Origin: Octopus vulgaris
Lineage: Eukaryota
DNA length: 64,000 nt
Reading direction: 5' to 3'
Assembly: GCA_951406725.2 (NCBI GenBank)
Contig: OX597826.1
Location: 58,900,001 to 58,964,000, forward strand
Of the stretch, positions 1 to 14,109 are shown one piece after another. The notes under the pieces are model-generated. The model worked only from the letters and a program-made list of their open reading frames with translations. It made no database searches and was not told where the DNA came from. A program made the translations under genes and the position numbers. Each line of letters begins with the position of its first letter. The stretch's first letter is position 1.

Positions 1-94
1 GGTGCAGCTACAGCTATCCCCATCAATCTGCAATAACAAAAGTTGGCAGCTCAGCTTATTCAATGCATATTAATGATATACTAATATTACAATC

Positions 95-414
95 GTGGAG
101 GCGCAATGGCCCAGTGGTTAGGGCAGCGGACACGCCGTCGGAAGGGTCGCGGTTTCGATTCCCAGACCGGGCGTTGTGTGTGTTTATTGAGCGAAGACAC
201 ATAAAGCTCCACGAGGCTCCAACAGGGGGTGGGGGTGGCGAACCCTGTTGTACCCTTTCGCCCCAACTTTCTCTCGCTCTTTCTTCCTGTTTCTTGAGTA
301 ATGCTGCGATGGACTGGCGTCCCGTCCAGGCGGGGGGAACACATACTCCATAGAAACCGAGAAAACGGGCCCATGAGCCTGGCTAGGCTTGAAAAGGGCG
401 CATATATAGATAAA
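95..414 (+). mobile_element. tRNA-derived SINE, family A (head GGAGGCGCAATGGCCCAGTGGTTAG)
   Basis: A-box TGGCCCAGTGG, B-box-like GTTTCGATTCC; TSD AATATTACAATC at 83-94 and 415-426; related copies at 13066, 18047, 30747, 39853. Confidence 0.85.
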
Positions 415-933
415 AATATTACAATCATCTACAACAATTATAACTCTCACCCCTAAAAACAATCAACTCCTGAAATGCATCTCGTAAGTTTTCTGCCACT
501 TCATTGGTTATTTTTTTGATGAAAGTTTTAAATTTGCTTATTCATTATAGAAATACCTTTTAATGATGTTAAGGACGTCTTACTTTTATGGTGTTTGTTC
601 AAGTTTGCATCAAGAAACGATGATTTATGGTAACATAGTTTTAAAATATCATTGTTTTGGTCAGTTTATTAGGAAAGATATATCCTTATGAGTGAAGGAA
701 TTTAACTGTGAAACTAAATTAAGAACTGTCTTATTGTAAATGGCATTTCACAGTTGATTGAGTTTGGATTCTTTACTTCAATAGCAGAATTTTTTGAAAT
801 ACTATTATTTTGTATGCGAGTGTAAAAATCTGTTTGTTTTTTTTATGCATGATACTGTTTGGGTTCGCTGTTGTTGGTTAATCGGTTTAGGTTAAAATGA
901 TTTGAAGTTTTCTTTGGGCACTATGAATTTCTC

Positions 934-1139
934 TCTTACTCTTTTACTTGTTTCAGTCATGTGACAGTAGCCATGCTGGAGCACCGGCTTTTAGTCGAGC
1001 AAATCGACCCCAGGACTTATTGTTTGTAAGCCTAGTACTTAATCTATCGGTCTCTTTTGCCGAAACGCTAAGTTACGGGGACGTAAACACACCAGCATCG
1101 GTTGTCAAGCGATGTTGGGGAAAAACAGACACACAAACA

Positions 1140-1201
<62 letters not shown>

Positions 1202-1369
1202 TATATACGTTGGGCTTCTTTCAGTTTCCGTCTACCAAATCTACTCACAAGGCTTTGGTCGGCCCGAGGCTATAGTAGAAAACACTTGCTCAAGGTTCTA
1301 CGCAGTGGGACTGAACCCGGAACCATGTGCTTGGTAAGCAAGCTACTTACCACCCACCCACTCCTGCGC
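934..1369 (-). mobile_element. tRNA-derived SINE, family B, with internal (CA)n
   Basis: High similarity to copies at 21602(+), 36857(-), 57849(-); head GCGCAGGAGTGG..TGGTAAG..GGTTCAGTCCC, tail TGAAACAAGTAAAAGAGT. Confidence 0.85.
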
Positions 1370-1599
1370 TTAACTGAAGAATTTCTTTTTATTTTATGTT
1401 CATAATTGGCCAAATACTCATGGTTATTATTTCATTAGAGCATTTGTTATTTGTATCCTTTATATCCTTCTTGATGTCATAGTTGATTGGTTACGACTAA
1501 AATATTTGAAACTATAAATGTAAGTATACATGCAAACGCATATATGTATGCGTATGTGTCAATGTGAGTATGTGGACAAGTGTAGCTGTTCTGCTCTCC

Positions 1600-1810
1600 C
1601 TCTTATCCTGTTTGGTCCTCGGACAATTTTTCGAAGACGAATTTTCTTTTGATGTCAGCAGCGTTATAAGATTTCATTCATCCAGTTTAGATTGTGTGTT
1701 CTGGGTGATTATGTAACATTTTCTGCATTGATCATAGAAGAGTTTCCATGTCATATGTATCTAACTTTGAAGGCTCTACATGTTTGTACCGATGTGCCAT
1801 TTTATTCCAG
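1600..1810 (-). pseudogene. Degenerate GIY-YIG endonuclease fragment of a Penelope-like element
   Basis: Minus strand reads HIG(frameshift)QTCRAFKVRYI*H and later KRKFVFEKL, resembling the YIGxTxRxxxxRxxEH...E pattern. Confidence 0.5.
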
Positions 1811-2084
1811 TTTGCGTAATTGCTTCAGTTTTCGGCTGTATTTTGTGTGTTTGCTTGATGTGTTTCATGTTTTTGTGCAGTTGTATTGCTTTTGTGATTT
1901 ATTTGTCGAACATTTTGTGATATTTATGCTTTGTTGGGAAGTGCTTATCCAGTACTATTAATGTGTCTGCTATATTTGTTGATACATTAAGCCTGAATGA
2001 TAGGATTAACTTCTTCATAATTTTTTTCCTGGGTTTCTCTAACGTGTTGTCCGTTGGTGTCGTTTCACTATATATATTATATTT

Positions 2085-2172
2085 AATTTATATAAAATTT
2101 TTTATGTATTGGATTAAGTCTTTCTTTGTTTGATTTGCATAATAGTGGTTTTGTCTCTAATTAATATTATAT
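2085..2172 (+). mobile_element. Penelope-like terminal fragment, same family as 14105-15605
   Basis: TTTATGTATTGGATTAAGTCTTTCTTTGTTTG..TAGTGGTTTTGTCTCTAAT matches 15540-15600 and runs into (TA)n. Confidence 0.65.
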
Positions 2173-2182
2173 ATATGTATGT

Positions 2183-2216
<34 letters not shown>

Positions 2217-2219
2217 ATA

Positions 2220-2737
2220 TCTATATATATAAAACTGTAGTTGTGTGAGTGTCTATCTCCTACGATTTAGATTCCTAACTCCTCCCACATTTTGCGGTGC
2301 AGTTTAACCAAATTCGGGTATCTTATAGTCGTGATTAATATCGAGCCCGTCTGGCCATTAGCGCGCGTCTACGATGAGTCTACGATTTTAAAAATAATTT
2401 AACATAATTTTTTATTCCATTTTAATGCATAATTTTTCGTGTGTCGATGGCGGCGGAGTTGGCGTTCACGCTCAAACACCTGCACCTGTGTTTGCTTCTC
2501 CCCCTTCTTCCCTCCCTCGTGAAGCTGTGGAGAAGGGAGTTTAAGGATATCAACGTCGTAAAGCGTTGTCAAGGAGACCAGCGTTCTTTTAGAACAACGA
2601 CTTCATGGCTTGAAGACACCAAAACAGAAATGGCTAAGAAAGCCCGAATTGGCATCTATAAAGGAAGTAACTCTCTAAAAAATGCTTATATAGTTATTTC
2701 CCTTACAAACCCGAGCAACGCCGGGCGATACTGCTAG
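2220..2737 (+). mobile_element. Non-autonomous Helitron
   Basis: 5' TC, 3' CTAG, subterminal hairpin CCCG..CGGG, inserted between A and T in (TA)n; second copy at 19267-19788. Confidence 0.8.
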
Positions 2738-3252
2738 TATATATATATATATATATATATACATTTATGTATGTATCCATGCATGTATATACATAGTCGC
2801 ACCGACACTCAAACACATACTGTATTTCCGACAGAATGAATTATCTTTATTATCTCTTTATGTACTCGAAACTGTATCCTCATCTTGTCAGCTACATCCT
2901 CAGCATCATTTCGGGCATCATGTTCCACGACATATCATCAGATGTCTGCTCTCCTCGCAACGTGACAGAAAACAATATAAGCGTTGATAAAATCACAGGC
3001 GCTAGGCACAGTTGTTTAGTTAGCCAGCTTGAGTTCAAGTTTTTGGTCAACCGCAAAGTATATTCTGTGGTTAAAGAGAAGAAGCAAGCGGCAACTGAAT
3101 CAAGAGAATTATTCATGGATGTGTTATTCGTGTGGAGAAACAGATGAGAAACATCTCAAACCGTGGTTTTAGTAAAAGGTTTCATTCAAATTTACGAGAA
3201 TATAACTGAATATGAAAGGCGAATGAGGATATATAAACATACATACATACAT

Positions 3253-3310
<58 letters not shown>

Positions 3311-3343
3311 TCATATATCTATATCAATATTTATATATATCTA

Positions 3344-3469
<126 letters not shown>

Positions 3470-3530
3470 GGTATGACACTGAACGGCATTAAATTAAGCG
3501 CTTAAAATTCTACTCATAAGGAACATACAG

Positions 3531-3577
<47 letters not shown>

Positions 3578-3734
3578 TGTAATATGCACATACACACACG
3601 CACGCCCTCCCCCCGCATACAAGTATACACACAACACACAATTCCATATATAAGGACACATATTTATGTATGAATATTCTCTAGCACATTTCGTGTGAAG
3701 AATTTCATGCGCATACCCTGGTGCTATGTGAGTT

Positions 3735-3766
<32 letters not shown>

Positions 3767-4162
3767 CATACATACATACATACATACATACATACATACA
3801 TACATACATACATACATACATACGTATATATATAGATATATATATGTATATATATGTACAACAAACATGTATAAACGTTTCCATAAACATACACACGCAT
3901 ATTAGCACATATGCACCTATATACACATTGTACATGCACACACACAATCGCACACACATAGATAGAAAAACACACAAACATACGAACACACACACACACT
4001 CCAACACACACACATAAATACCATACAGAGTTCTCTTTATTTATTTATAACTGTGTATGCATATAAACACAAATTATTGCTAAAATAAACATAAATATCT
4101 TTACACAAAACCGTATAAATATTGAGATGTCGATAAATGTACGCCTGCACACACACACACAC

Positions 4163-4209
<47 letters not shown>

Positions 4210-4672
4210 CATGCGCATCTGTGTAGGCATGATTCACACGCATTTATAGATACACAGATACACACATTTCGTACGTGTACGCATCTGTGTGTGTAAGTAT
4301 TAGTGCGTGCGTCAGAGTACTGTCTTGTTTGTGTGTGTGTGTGCGTGCGAGCGTGGAGATTTCACCACACATTCCACTAAAATGCTAAGTTTACTTATGC
4401 AAAACAGAAATATGCCCAGGGAGGAATCCGGCAAAATGCAATTGTGCAGTTTTGCATACCAAATAGTCTTGACTACTTTTAACATTGATGTCATACAATC
4501 ATATAGACCACTATGGAAAAGTGATGAATATAAATATATAGACACACACATATACATGTAAATACATTCATATATATATATTATAAAACACACACACGCA
4601 CACTGACACACACGCACACACACGCAAACACACATATATTTATATATAAGTATATATATGTATATATATATT

Positions 4673-4721
<49 letters not shown>

Positions 4722-4779
4722 TTATATATATATATATACATATATAATTATGTATGTATGTCTGTGTGTGTATATATGC

Positions 4780-4825
<46 letters not shown>

Positions 4826-5104
4826 GTATATGCATATTTGCCTGTGTATGCTTACGTGTGTATGTACCTGTGTATGTAAATGCTTTTAAAGCGAATAATT
4901 TTCCCATTAAAAGAATCTATATGAGTGTATTTATATATGTACGAATGCTTAGCCGTTTGGTTGATGTATTCGATTTTTAACAACATGGTCCCGTTTTCGA
5001 GCGAACTGCATTGCGTTTTGACCAGTGGTAATTCATCAGTGCTTGGTGCTGATTCGAGGTCTCTTAGTGAAATTGAGTGAACATCAGCTCACTTAAAGTA
5101 TTTC

Positions 5105-5520
5105 GAGCTGGCAGAATCGTTAGCACGCCGGGCGAAATGCTTAGCGGTATTTCGTCTTTCGCCTGCCGTTACGTTCTGAGTTCAAATTCAGCCGAGGTCG
5201 ACTTTGCCTTTCATCCTTTCGGGGTCGATTAAATAAGAACCAGTTACGCACTTTGGTCGATATAATCGACTTAATCCGTTTGTCTGTCCTTGTTTGTCCT
5301 CTCTGTGTTTACTTCCTTATGGGTAGTAAAGAAATAGGTATTTCGTCTGCCGCTACGTCCTGAGTTCAAATTCCGCCGAGGGCGACCTTGCCTTTCGTCC
5401 TTTCGGGGTCGATTAAATAAGTACCAGTTACGCACTGGGGTCGATATAATCGTCTTAATCCGTTTGTCTGTCCTTGTTTGTCCTCTCTGTGTTTAGCCCC
5501 TTGTTGGTAGTAAAGAAATA
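5105..5520 (+). mobile_element. SINE family C (GAGCTGGCAGAATCGTTAGCACG..GAGTTCAAATTCC), body in tandem
   Basis: tRNA-like A/B boxes; body 5146-5336 repeated at 5337-5520; many copies in window. Confidence 0.85.
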
Positions 5521-6061
5521 GATTAACTAACAATTATGCTTTATCACACACGATGATATGCAAATGCTGACAGTGGATGGGATCTATGATATCTAACTTC
5601 TTCCAGAAATCTTGTGCTGTAGGTTTATCTTCAAAATCTTTCATTAGTTGTTCGGACTTTGTCCTCAGCTAATATTCCTTGCACATAGCTATCTCACTTT
5701 GATTTCCGTGATATACTGAGCCATTTAGACAAATAATTCACTGACAATATAGTTCAGTTGATAAAGCCATGAGATTATTCATTATGGCGTCAAACATTGT
5801 GTAAGTTGTATTTCGCTTGTTTTGAAACCAAGAGGGAAGGTAATGACGATGACTCGTTGCAGAACCTCTCAGGCTGTATGAATGGAAAGAGGACGGTATC
5901 TTCACATTGGTGACCCATCAAGAACTCTTTCAATAGAAAGGGCTTCGATAAAGGCTCTCAAGATCCAGGTAATTATCTTAAACCTACAGGCGGTTTCGGT
6001 CAATCAACTCCTCTCTTATTGTTTTATTCACTTCATATGTCTCACCAGCTTATGCAAATTG

Positions 6062-6252
6062 GTTTCAAATTTAGGCACAAAGCCAGCAAGTGCCGGAGAG
6101 GGGTTCAGTCGTTTATATCGGCCCCAGTGCTCAGCTAGTACTTATTTTAAGGACACCGAAAGGACGAGCAGTAAAGTCGACATCGGCAGAATTTGAACTA
6201 CGAACGTAAATACGGTCGAAATGCTGCGAAGCATTTTGCCTGCGTGCTAATA
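6062..6252 (-). mobile_element. SINE family C, diverged
   Basis: Reverse similarity (AAAGTCGACATCGGCAGAATTTGAAC). Confidence 0.65.
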
Positions 6253-6748
6253 TTTCTGTACGTTTGTTGCCTTATCAGTGTATCCATATTAAAACTAGAT
6301 TCGGTCTCGGTTCTATCATGTGTATCTAATAAATCGATCCATTTTCTCCTAAGTAGAAAAACATTCAATATTCGTAGATACTTCTTCCTGTAAGCTATAC
6401 GAAACGACATATCGTTAAGTCGATATATTTCTATTATTTCCAGTACCGAATTATTTGTATGTTTTCGTATCTGTTCTCTCATCGTCTTCATCGCTATAAC
6501 TGTGTACCTTGAAGTGAATAATTTTCTCGGTCTTTAGTTAATAGTTTGGGAGATGCAATGGTTTCCATGATTCTATCTTTTGTTTTGCGTTTTGTCTGTG
6601 CTTAATTTTTCACCTCATATTCTCCCTCTCACTCTTTCACTGTTCTTTCTATCTCACTCTATGCATTTATGTATACATACATTATACATACAAATACACA
6701 AACAGATACGCATACATACATACATACATACGTGTATGTTTGTATGTA

Positions 6749-6790
<42 letters not shown>

Positions 6791-7003
6791 GGAGTGTGTG
6801 AGTGTGCATGTATGGATAGATGGATGTATGCATATGTGTATGTTTGCATGTTTGTTTTTATGAAATACGTATGCCTAAAATGTATGCAAATATATTGACG
6901 AATACTCACATATTTTAACATGCAAACATAGTTATGCACACAAATATATATAAATATTGTTTTATAGACACATATGCGTATGTGTGAGTATAAGTTCTCT
7001 TTC

Positions 7004-7041
<38 letters not shown>

Positions 7042-7567
7042 TGTAAGTGTTTATGAGTTTGCGTTGCTGTGTGTATGTACACGATTGCTAGTTATTTCCG
7101 CGCTGCGGGCATGTGAGCTGCCTTTGCGAATATTTCATTTGAAATTGTTTAAACTGAAAGAAAGACTTAAAGAAAAAAAAAGTCGTTTATATATTTATCT
7201 CATAGAAGAATGCAGAAAAATAACTTTTCTTTTTTTGTTTGTCTCTCATTAATATATCATTCGTAATTAACAAAAAAGAGACTAATTAGATCTCTCCAGG
7301 AAATGATAGTATCGTGGCGATGACGATGAAATCAGCGTGAATGCCGCCAAAATTCTCTCCAAGATCATCTCTTGTGTTCTTACAACCGAATATGTAATAA
7401 ATTAGAGCCAATCGTTAACTGAATGAAATGAAAAGCAGCAACCAAAATTCCATATGAATATTCACTTCACATTTCTTTTTGCGATATGAGTTCAAATATC
7501 ACGACCGTGACCATTACCCATCACTCTTGTTTGAGTCTATAAAATAGTTACCAATCGATAAATTATT

Positions 7568-7903
7568 TATTACGGAGATGTACTTGCATAGCAAGTGACC
7601 TAATCTGAGATCTTGCGCTGGAATGAAAACAATTTTAGCGTGGAAGGTGTTTATAAGCCATTTAAGAAACACTCTAAAACCGTTAGATTCACTTCAACAT
7701 TTAAATTTAATTTGTCTAAATATTTTCGTCGCTTTCAGACCGTGACTTGTTCACGGAGATGCAGTACGGAGTTTTGTCAGTGAACAGGTCGCGGTCTCAA
7801 AGCGACGAAAATATTTTGTCAAATTAAATTTAAATGTTGAAGTGAATCTAACGGTTTTTGTGTGTTTCTTAAATGGCTTATAAACACCTTCCACGCTGAA
7901 ATT
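7568..7903. mobile_element. Fold-back element, ~124 bp inverted arms (7631-7754 / 7780-7903), Penelope-terminus-like
   Basis: Arms are near-perfect reverse complements; HHR-like motif at the start of the right arm. Confidence 0.75.
7773..7823 (+). ncRNA. Hammerhead-like motif, G3:C8 core variant
   Basis: TTTGTCA-GTGAACA-G-GTCGC(loop)GCGAC-GAA-AATATT-T-TGTCAAA; helix I has one mismatch in this copy. Confidence 0.45.
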
Positions 7904-9074
7904 ATTTATTATTATCATGTAATCAATGATAATTTTGATTGAACAACTGAATGTTCCTCCTCGAAATGTGAAATATCTCCCTACCCACCAAATATGTTAG
8001 ACAGCATTGCTGTTTCCTTCTGGGAAGTTTCCTGTTACGCACCGCTATAGCCATATCCAGGAAACCATTTATAATATTTGAAATGAATTATAAGAACATT
8101 TTAAAACTGGAACCAGAGTACAGGATTTTACAAAGTTCTACAATTGCGTACATAGATTTTATGGGATTAAACCGATGAAAGCTGAATAAATCTACAAGGA
8201 TAATGATAGGACACCCTTTTTTTGTTAAGCAACATATCCAGCAAGAACTCGAAATGAAGGACATAGGTCAAGATATATTGCTAAAATGCCCTAAAACACA
8301 TCTATGAAATATGTATTTGACTTTAAGGTGAGTTAAGAGTTAAAAACCCCACAATTAACGGTCCTAGTTGGTCTGAGTGCTATTACAAATATAAAGAAAG
8401 ACCGTGAACTGCGAGAAAAGAAAAAAATATTGCTCAAATGGAACTTAATTGTATGATATAAATTTGAACTCAGATCTACAATTTGGTCGACAACAACATT
8501 AGCACTTGACTATTTAACCTCAACGCATGCTTGTTTTGTATTTGTTTAGTTCCAGTTCAGACTTCATCCAACAGAACGACAATGATCAAAGAAATTCCGG
8601 CTTTCTTGCCTTTTATTTTTAATGGTCATCACGAATCTGTGAATACAGCAGCCAAAATGCCCTTCCTCTTTTCTCCCTTTCCTTTTTCTTTTGTTTTGTC
8701 GATAGATAACCAAGGGATGGGAATCGTAAGGGCTGGAATGTCTTTGATCATATAAGTTCCCTCGAGAAGGGCTGTCACGGGTCTAAGAATCAACAACGTC
8801 AAGAATAGCAACAATAACAATAAAATTTGACAATTTACCTCCTCGTGGCACCGCATGTATTATTGAAGAAAAATATTGAGTTGTTCGCAAATAATTTCTA
8901 CGCATTCTGTGTTTCCGTGAATATAAATATTTTTCTTTCCGAGGAATGAACAAAGTTTCTATCTCCAGCAGAAATAGCGTATTATTTCTTTAGGACTTCG
9001 AGATGATTCGTCGAAAACTTTGAACTTTTAGTCATTCTCTCTTCCTTTTTTTCTTTCTATACCTTGCTCTGATA

Positions 9075-9117
<43 letters not shown>

Positions 9118-9397
9118 ACAAATAAATAAATAAATGAATAAATAAATAAATATATAAATTGATAAGTAAATAAATACCGGAATTTTCAAAAGTATTGCGA
9201 TAAGGAAAAAATATTTTGAAGAATCATTGGCAGATTGTCATATCAGAGACGGTATATGTATATATATGTATGTATCTATGTGTGCGTGTATGTATACGCA
9301 TATTCAATTTTATATACATGTGTATGTATATAATATTTATACATATATATATATATATGCATGGTATATATATATATATATATATATATATGCATGG

Positions 9398-9470
<73 letters not shown>

Positions 9471-10523
9471 AATATATATGTTCATATATATAAACATATA
9501 TATTTATATATATGTACATATATATATATGTTTATGTATATAAAAATTATATATGTGTGCATATATATGTACACACATACATCATATATATACATGCATA
9601 TATATATATACATATATAAATGTATATATATATATATATAGGTACATATCTATGCACCTATTCCAAACAGTCAGTCATACACACACAAACACACGCACAT
9701 ATATTTGTAGTCATATATATATAAGTATGACATAACGGGTTATTAAAATAATGTCAGCTGAGATTTCTAGAATTGGTTTTACACTTCAAATATCTTTTCA
9801 GCTAAAAAAAGAACAACAAAAAAAAGAAAACAGATTAAAAATGCAAATATCGCCCAAAAAACCAAACGAAACGAAAATGACAAACGCTCTATGCAGGATA
9901 ACTTGTTTGTCAACTGTCATGTCGATGGGAAGATTGGCTGGTTTGAGTTTATTTCTTCTTAAATATTTCCCTGTTTTATATGTTGATCCACGTAAAAATG
10001 ATATCAGTGTGTATGAGGTATGACTACTTGTCTGCAAAAAGTATATAAAAAGCGGAATAAGTTATTTTGCAGGAGTAAGATGAGTTACATTTCGAGTAGG
10101 AGACTTCGTCATAGAGAATAAAAGCAGGGGAAGAAGTGGGAGAGATGAGGGGGGAGGAAAAGAGCAAGAGAGAGAGAGAAAGAAAGTGAGCGAGAGAGAG
10201 GTGGTGAAATACATGTGTTGCTGAATATATAGATGCGTAGCAGCGAGAAGTAGAACAACCTTAATAGTTAATTTTAATGGAAAGGACGAGGCTAAGAAGT
10301 AGAAACTTCGATGTTGAGTTCGAATTTGCATCAAGTATTTTAGTTCATTTCTGGATACAAGTTTTGTTTTTTTCTATTTTACCATTGTTTTCTTATATGT
10401 TGGGAAATGGTATCAGATCACCTGCGGTAGTTTTTTTTTTATCCTAAGACGGGAGTCCAGCAGTTCCGATTCCCTTTGTATAGCATCCAAACTATAATTT
10501 TTATTATAATATGCAATGTTCAG

Positions 10524-10715
10524 ACGGCGATTTGGCAGAATCGTTAGCACACTGGACGAAATACTTATCGGTATTTCACCCGTCGCAACGTTCGGAGTTC
10601 AAATTCCGCTGAGGTCGACTTTGCCTTTCATCTTTTCGGAGTCGATAAATTAAGTACCAGTTGATCGCTGGGGTCGATGTAATCATCTCATCACTACCTC
10701 CCCCAAGCTACCCTT
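10524..10715 (+). mobile_element. SINE family C
   Basis: GGCAGAATCGTTAGCAC..GAGTTCAAATTCCGCTGAGGTCGACTTTGCCTTTCATC. Confidence 0.8.
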
Positions 10716-11074
10716 GAACTAATTATAATATGCAAAATTATTCTTGTTCCAGATCGAATTTTTATCTTCATACATGAATCCAGCAAGTCGGTTTCAATTT
10801 ACATGTCATCCAAACTATGACTTCATTATAAGATGCAAAATTATTCTTGTTATTGTTGTGTTTGTACCAGGAGCAAAGAAGATTACGGTGACTGCTATTA
10901 CTGTTGTTATTAATGTAGAAACCGTGATCAACTCTGATTGAGCAAACCAATGATTTATAAAGATACAAATGAGCGTAAATATGTATTTAGATCTATGTGT
11001 ATGAATGTGTGTGTTTTGAGGCACGAAAATGTTGACAGTGGTAGGAATTTGATGCTTCAAATTTTCGCACAATG

Positions 11075-11880
11075 CCAGCAATTTGGAGGAAGGAGAGTAG
11101 TTGATAACATAGACCCCGATATATGAGTGGTACTTTATTTTAACTACCCTTAGAAGGATGAGATGCAATATAAACTTTGGCGGAGTTTGAACTCAGAATG
11201 TAAAACTGGAAGAAATGTCGCTAAGCATTTTTTTTTCGGCGCGGTAACGTTTCTGATAGCTTTCCATTTTCATTGATATTAATATGATTCTTTCTACAAC
11301 AGACACAAGGCCTGGAATTTTCGTGGGGAGAGGGATAACCGATTACATCGATTCCAGTGCTTGACAGATATTTATTTCATCAACCCTTAACGGATTAAAG
11401 GCAAAATCCACTTCGGCGGAATTTGAACTCAGAAGGTAAGACAAACGAATTGCCGCGAAGCATTTTGTCTGGTTTGCTAACGATTCTGCTAGCTTACCGG
11501 TTTGGTGATATTACAATAATGCTTGCCTTTCATCCTTTCGGGAGTCGATAAATTAAGTACCAGTTGCATACTGGGGCCGATATTAATCGACTGGTCCCGC
11601 TCCCCCCAAATTTCTTGCCTTGTGCCTAAAGTAGAAATCGATATTATTATAGTGCTGAGTTTCAAGACAGCGAGGCAGTAGAATCATAACGCGCCGTGCG
11701 GAGTAATTAGCAGTATTTCGCCCGTTTTTACGTTTTGAGTTCAAATTCCGCCGTGATCGACGGTGACTTTAATTCGTTCAGGGGCCGATAAAATAAGTAT
11801 ATATTTGAGTGCTGGGATCCATGAAAACAACTTACCGTCCCAGAAATTTCTAGCCTTGTCCTAAAATCTGAAACCAATAA
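11075..11880. mobile_element. Cluster of four diverged SINE C copies (two minus, two plus)
   Basis: GGCGGA(G/A)TTTGAACTCAGAA at ~11180 and ~11415; plus-strand bodies at 11520-11640 and 11665-11880. Confidence 0.7.
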
Positions 11881-12243
11881 AATGTCAAGTTTCACCATCC
11901 GTTGCAACAGAAGGTCGGATGAGTGAGTCTACAAGCATTCGAGCGCAGAAACGCACTAGATTCTGGATAAGTCGTCTATTTATTATGCATTATAACGTAT
12001 TTATATCAATATGGCGATACATTGTATTTGCAAGTGAGATTCCTTGTTTTAGCTGTACGTATATATCATTGGTCTAAATCTGATTATATTTTCAGTTATC
12101 TTCAGCTTTCTTTCTAATCACTTTGTCACTTTGAAAAAACGAAACGTATAAAATATTTTCTTTATGATTACGACCATTTCTCTTTATTTCTCTCTCCCTC
12201 TGTATACACACACACACACGTGCATATATATAAATACATACAT

Positions 12244-12279
<36 letters not shown>

Positions 12280-12831
12280 GTATATACACATATGTATACA
12301 CACATACATATATATATATATGTGTGTGTGTATATATATATATATAAACTCGTATAGAAATATAAACGTATGTGTTTAAATACATAAACGTGTACAAGTA
12401 AATATGTATATTCATACGCATATATGTATGTGCATCAGTATATTTATATATATATATATGCATTATGTGTGTGTGTGTGTGTGCGTGTGTGTGTGTGTTT
12501 GTGTGTGCGTGCGGGATTGTGTATCTATATGCGTACGTGAGTATACATATATGTTTTGTGTACGTATATATATTAGGAGACATGTACCAATTACTTCTGG
12601 CAAAAATAAAAGTAAATGGAAAATAAAAAATAAAATATACGCAAAAGAAACGCTTTGGAATAATTTCATTAATGGTTTTTACTTAGAATATATTTTACAG
12701 AGACAACAAGTCTAATTCGAAAATATGGTAAGTCGCATCAAAAATGAATATATTCAATACCGCTTCAGAGAAAGAAAGAATGGGTGAGATAGATAGATAG
12801 ATAAATAGATAGATAAAGAGAAGGAGAGAGT

Positions 12832-12881
<50 letters not shown>

Positions 12882-13065
12882 GTGAACACCGGAAAGATGC
12901 ATATAGAAGAGAGAAAGGGAGAGATATGGGAAATAGTAGAAGGAGGACAAACTAGAAATGAGGTTGTTATGATGAAAGCCATTTTTGTTGTTAAAGAAAT
13001 AACATCCAACATATGCAGATATCTGTGCAAACGTGGATTAAATTCGCACAGCTACATACGCACAC

Positions 13066-13369
13066 GTGGAGGAACATGGCCTAGTGGTTAAAGCAGCGAC
13101 CTCGCGGTCGAGGGATCGCGGGTTCGAATCTCAGACCGGGCGATGTGTGTGTTTATGAGCGAAACAACTAAGCTCCATGCGGCTCCGGCAGAAGATAATG
13201 GCGAACTTCTAGTGACTCTTTCGCCACAACTTTCTCTCACTCTTTCCTCCTGCACTTGCAGCTCACCTGCGACAGACCGGCGTCCCGTCCAGGTGGGGAA
13301 CCTATACGCCAAGAAAACCGGGAAACCGGCCCTATTGAGCCAGGCGTGGCTCGAGAAGGAACAAACAAT
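13066..13369 (+). mobile_element. SINE family A variant
   Basis: TGGCCTAGTGGTTA and GGTTCGAATC boxes; TSD ATACGCACAC 13056-13065 / 13370-13379. Confidence 0.85.
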
Positions 13370-13434
13370 ATACGCACACAGACACACATATACAAACGTA
13401 CACACATATACACGCACTCATATATTCTTTCTTT

Positions 13435-13652
13435 TTTCTTTTACTTGTTCCAGTCATTTTACTGGGGCCATGATGGAGACCCGCATTTTAGTCGAACAAA
13501 TCGACACCATGACTTCTTTGTAAGCTTAGTACTTATTCTATAGGCCCCTTTTGCCGAATCGCTAGGTTACGGAGATATAAGTTGCCGAACCGCTGAGATA
13601 CGGAGAAACACCAGTATCGGTTGTCAGGCGATGGTGGGAGTACAAACACAGA
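13435..13652 (-). mobile_element. SINE family B, 3' half
   Basis: Matches 934-1135. Confidence 0.7.
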
Positions 13653-13932
13653 CTGCCTTTTTTTTCTGTCTGCAGACTTCCACCAACATCCTACATATTT
13701 TTTAAGTCTTAACTCTTGTCTTCATTTTGTTTTGTGTGAATCGTGGCACTTTGCATTTGGACGCGAACTATTTTCCAAGTATCGAAATCGTAATAATTCT
13801 GGATAGAAAAGGTCTGATGAAATTGGCTTACCCAACTGTATTTTTGTTACTTTTTGCTGTGGAACCAGTTCTTCCACAATATTTTGAAGTATGTATGCAT
13901 ATATATGCTCATACAATTATATGCATACATTA

Positions 13933-13997
<65 letters not shown>

Positions 13998-14045
13998 TAT
14001 ATACATATATACAGACATATAAATATATGTGTGTATATATATATG

Positions 14046-14104
<59 letters not shown>

Positions 14105-14109
<5 letters not shown>

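Noticed and set aside
2441-2737. ORF shared with 19472-19744 (INVVKRCQGDQRSFRTTTSWLEDTK)
   Set aside because: Similarity comes from the two Helitron copies; no recognisable domain
5008-5043. Minus-strand CTGATGA..AAAACGCA HHR-like motif
   Set aside because: G12 and the UH site are both missing and helices are very short
13066-13145. tRNA genes at SINE heads (also 97, 39853, 51780)
   Set aside because: A/B boxes present but no complete cloverleaf; they continue into SINE bodies, several with TSDs
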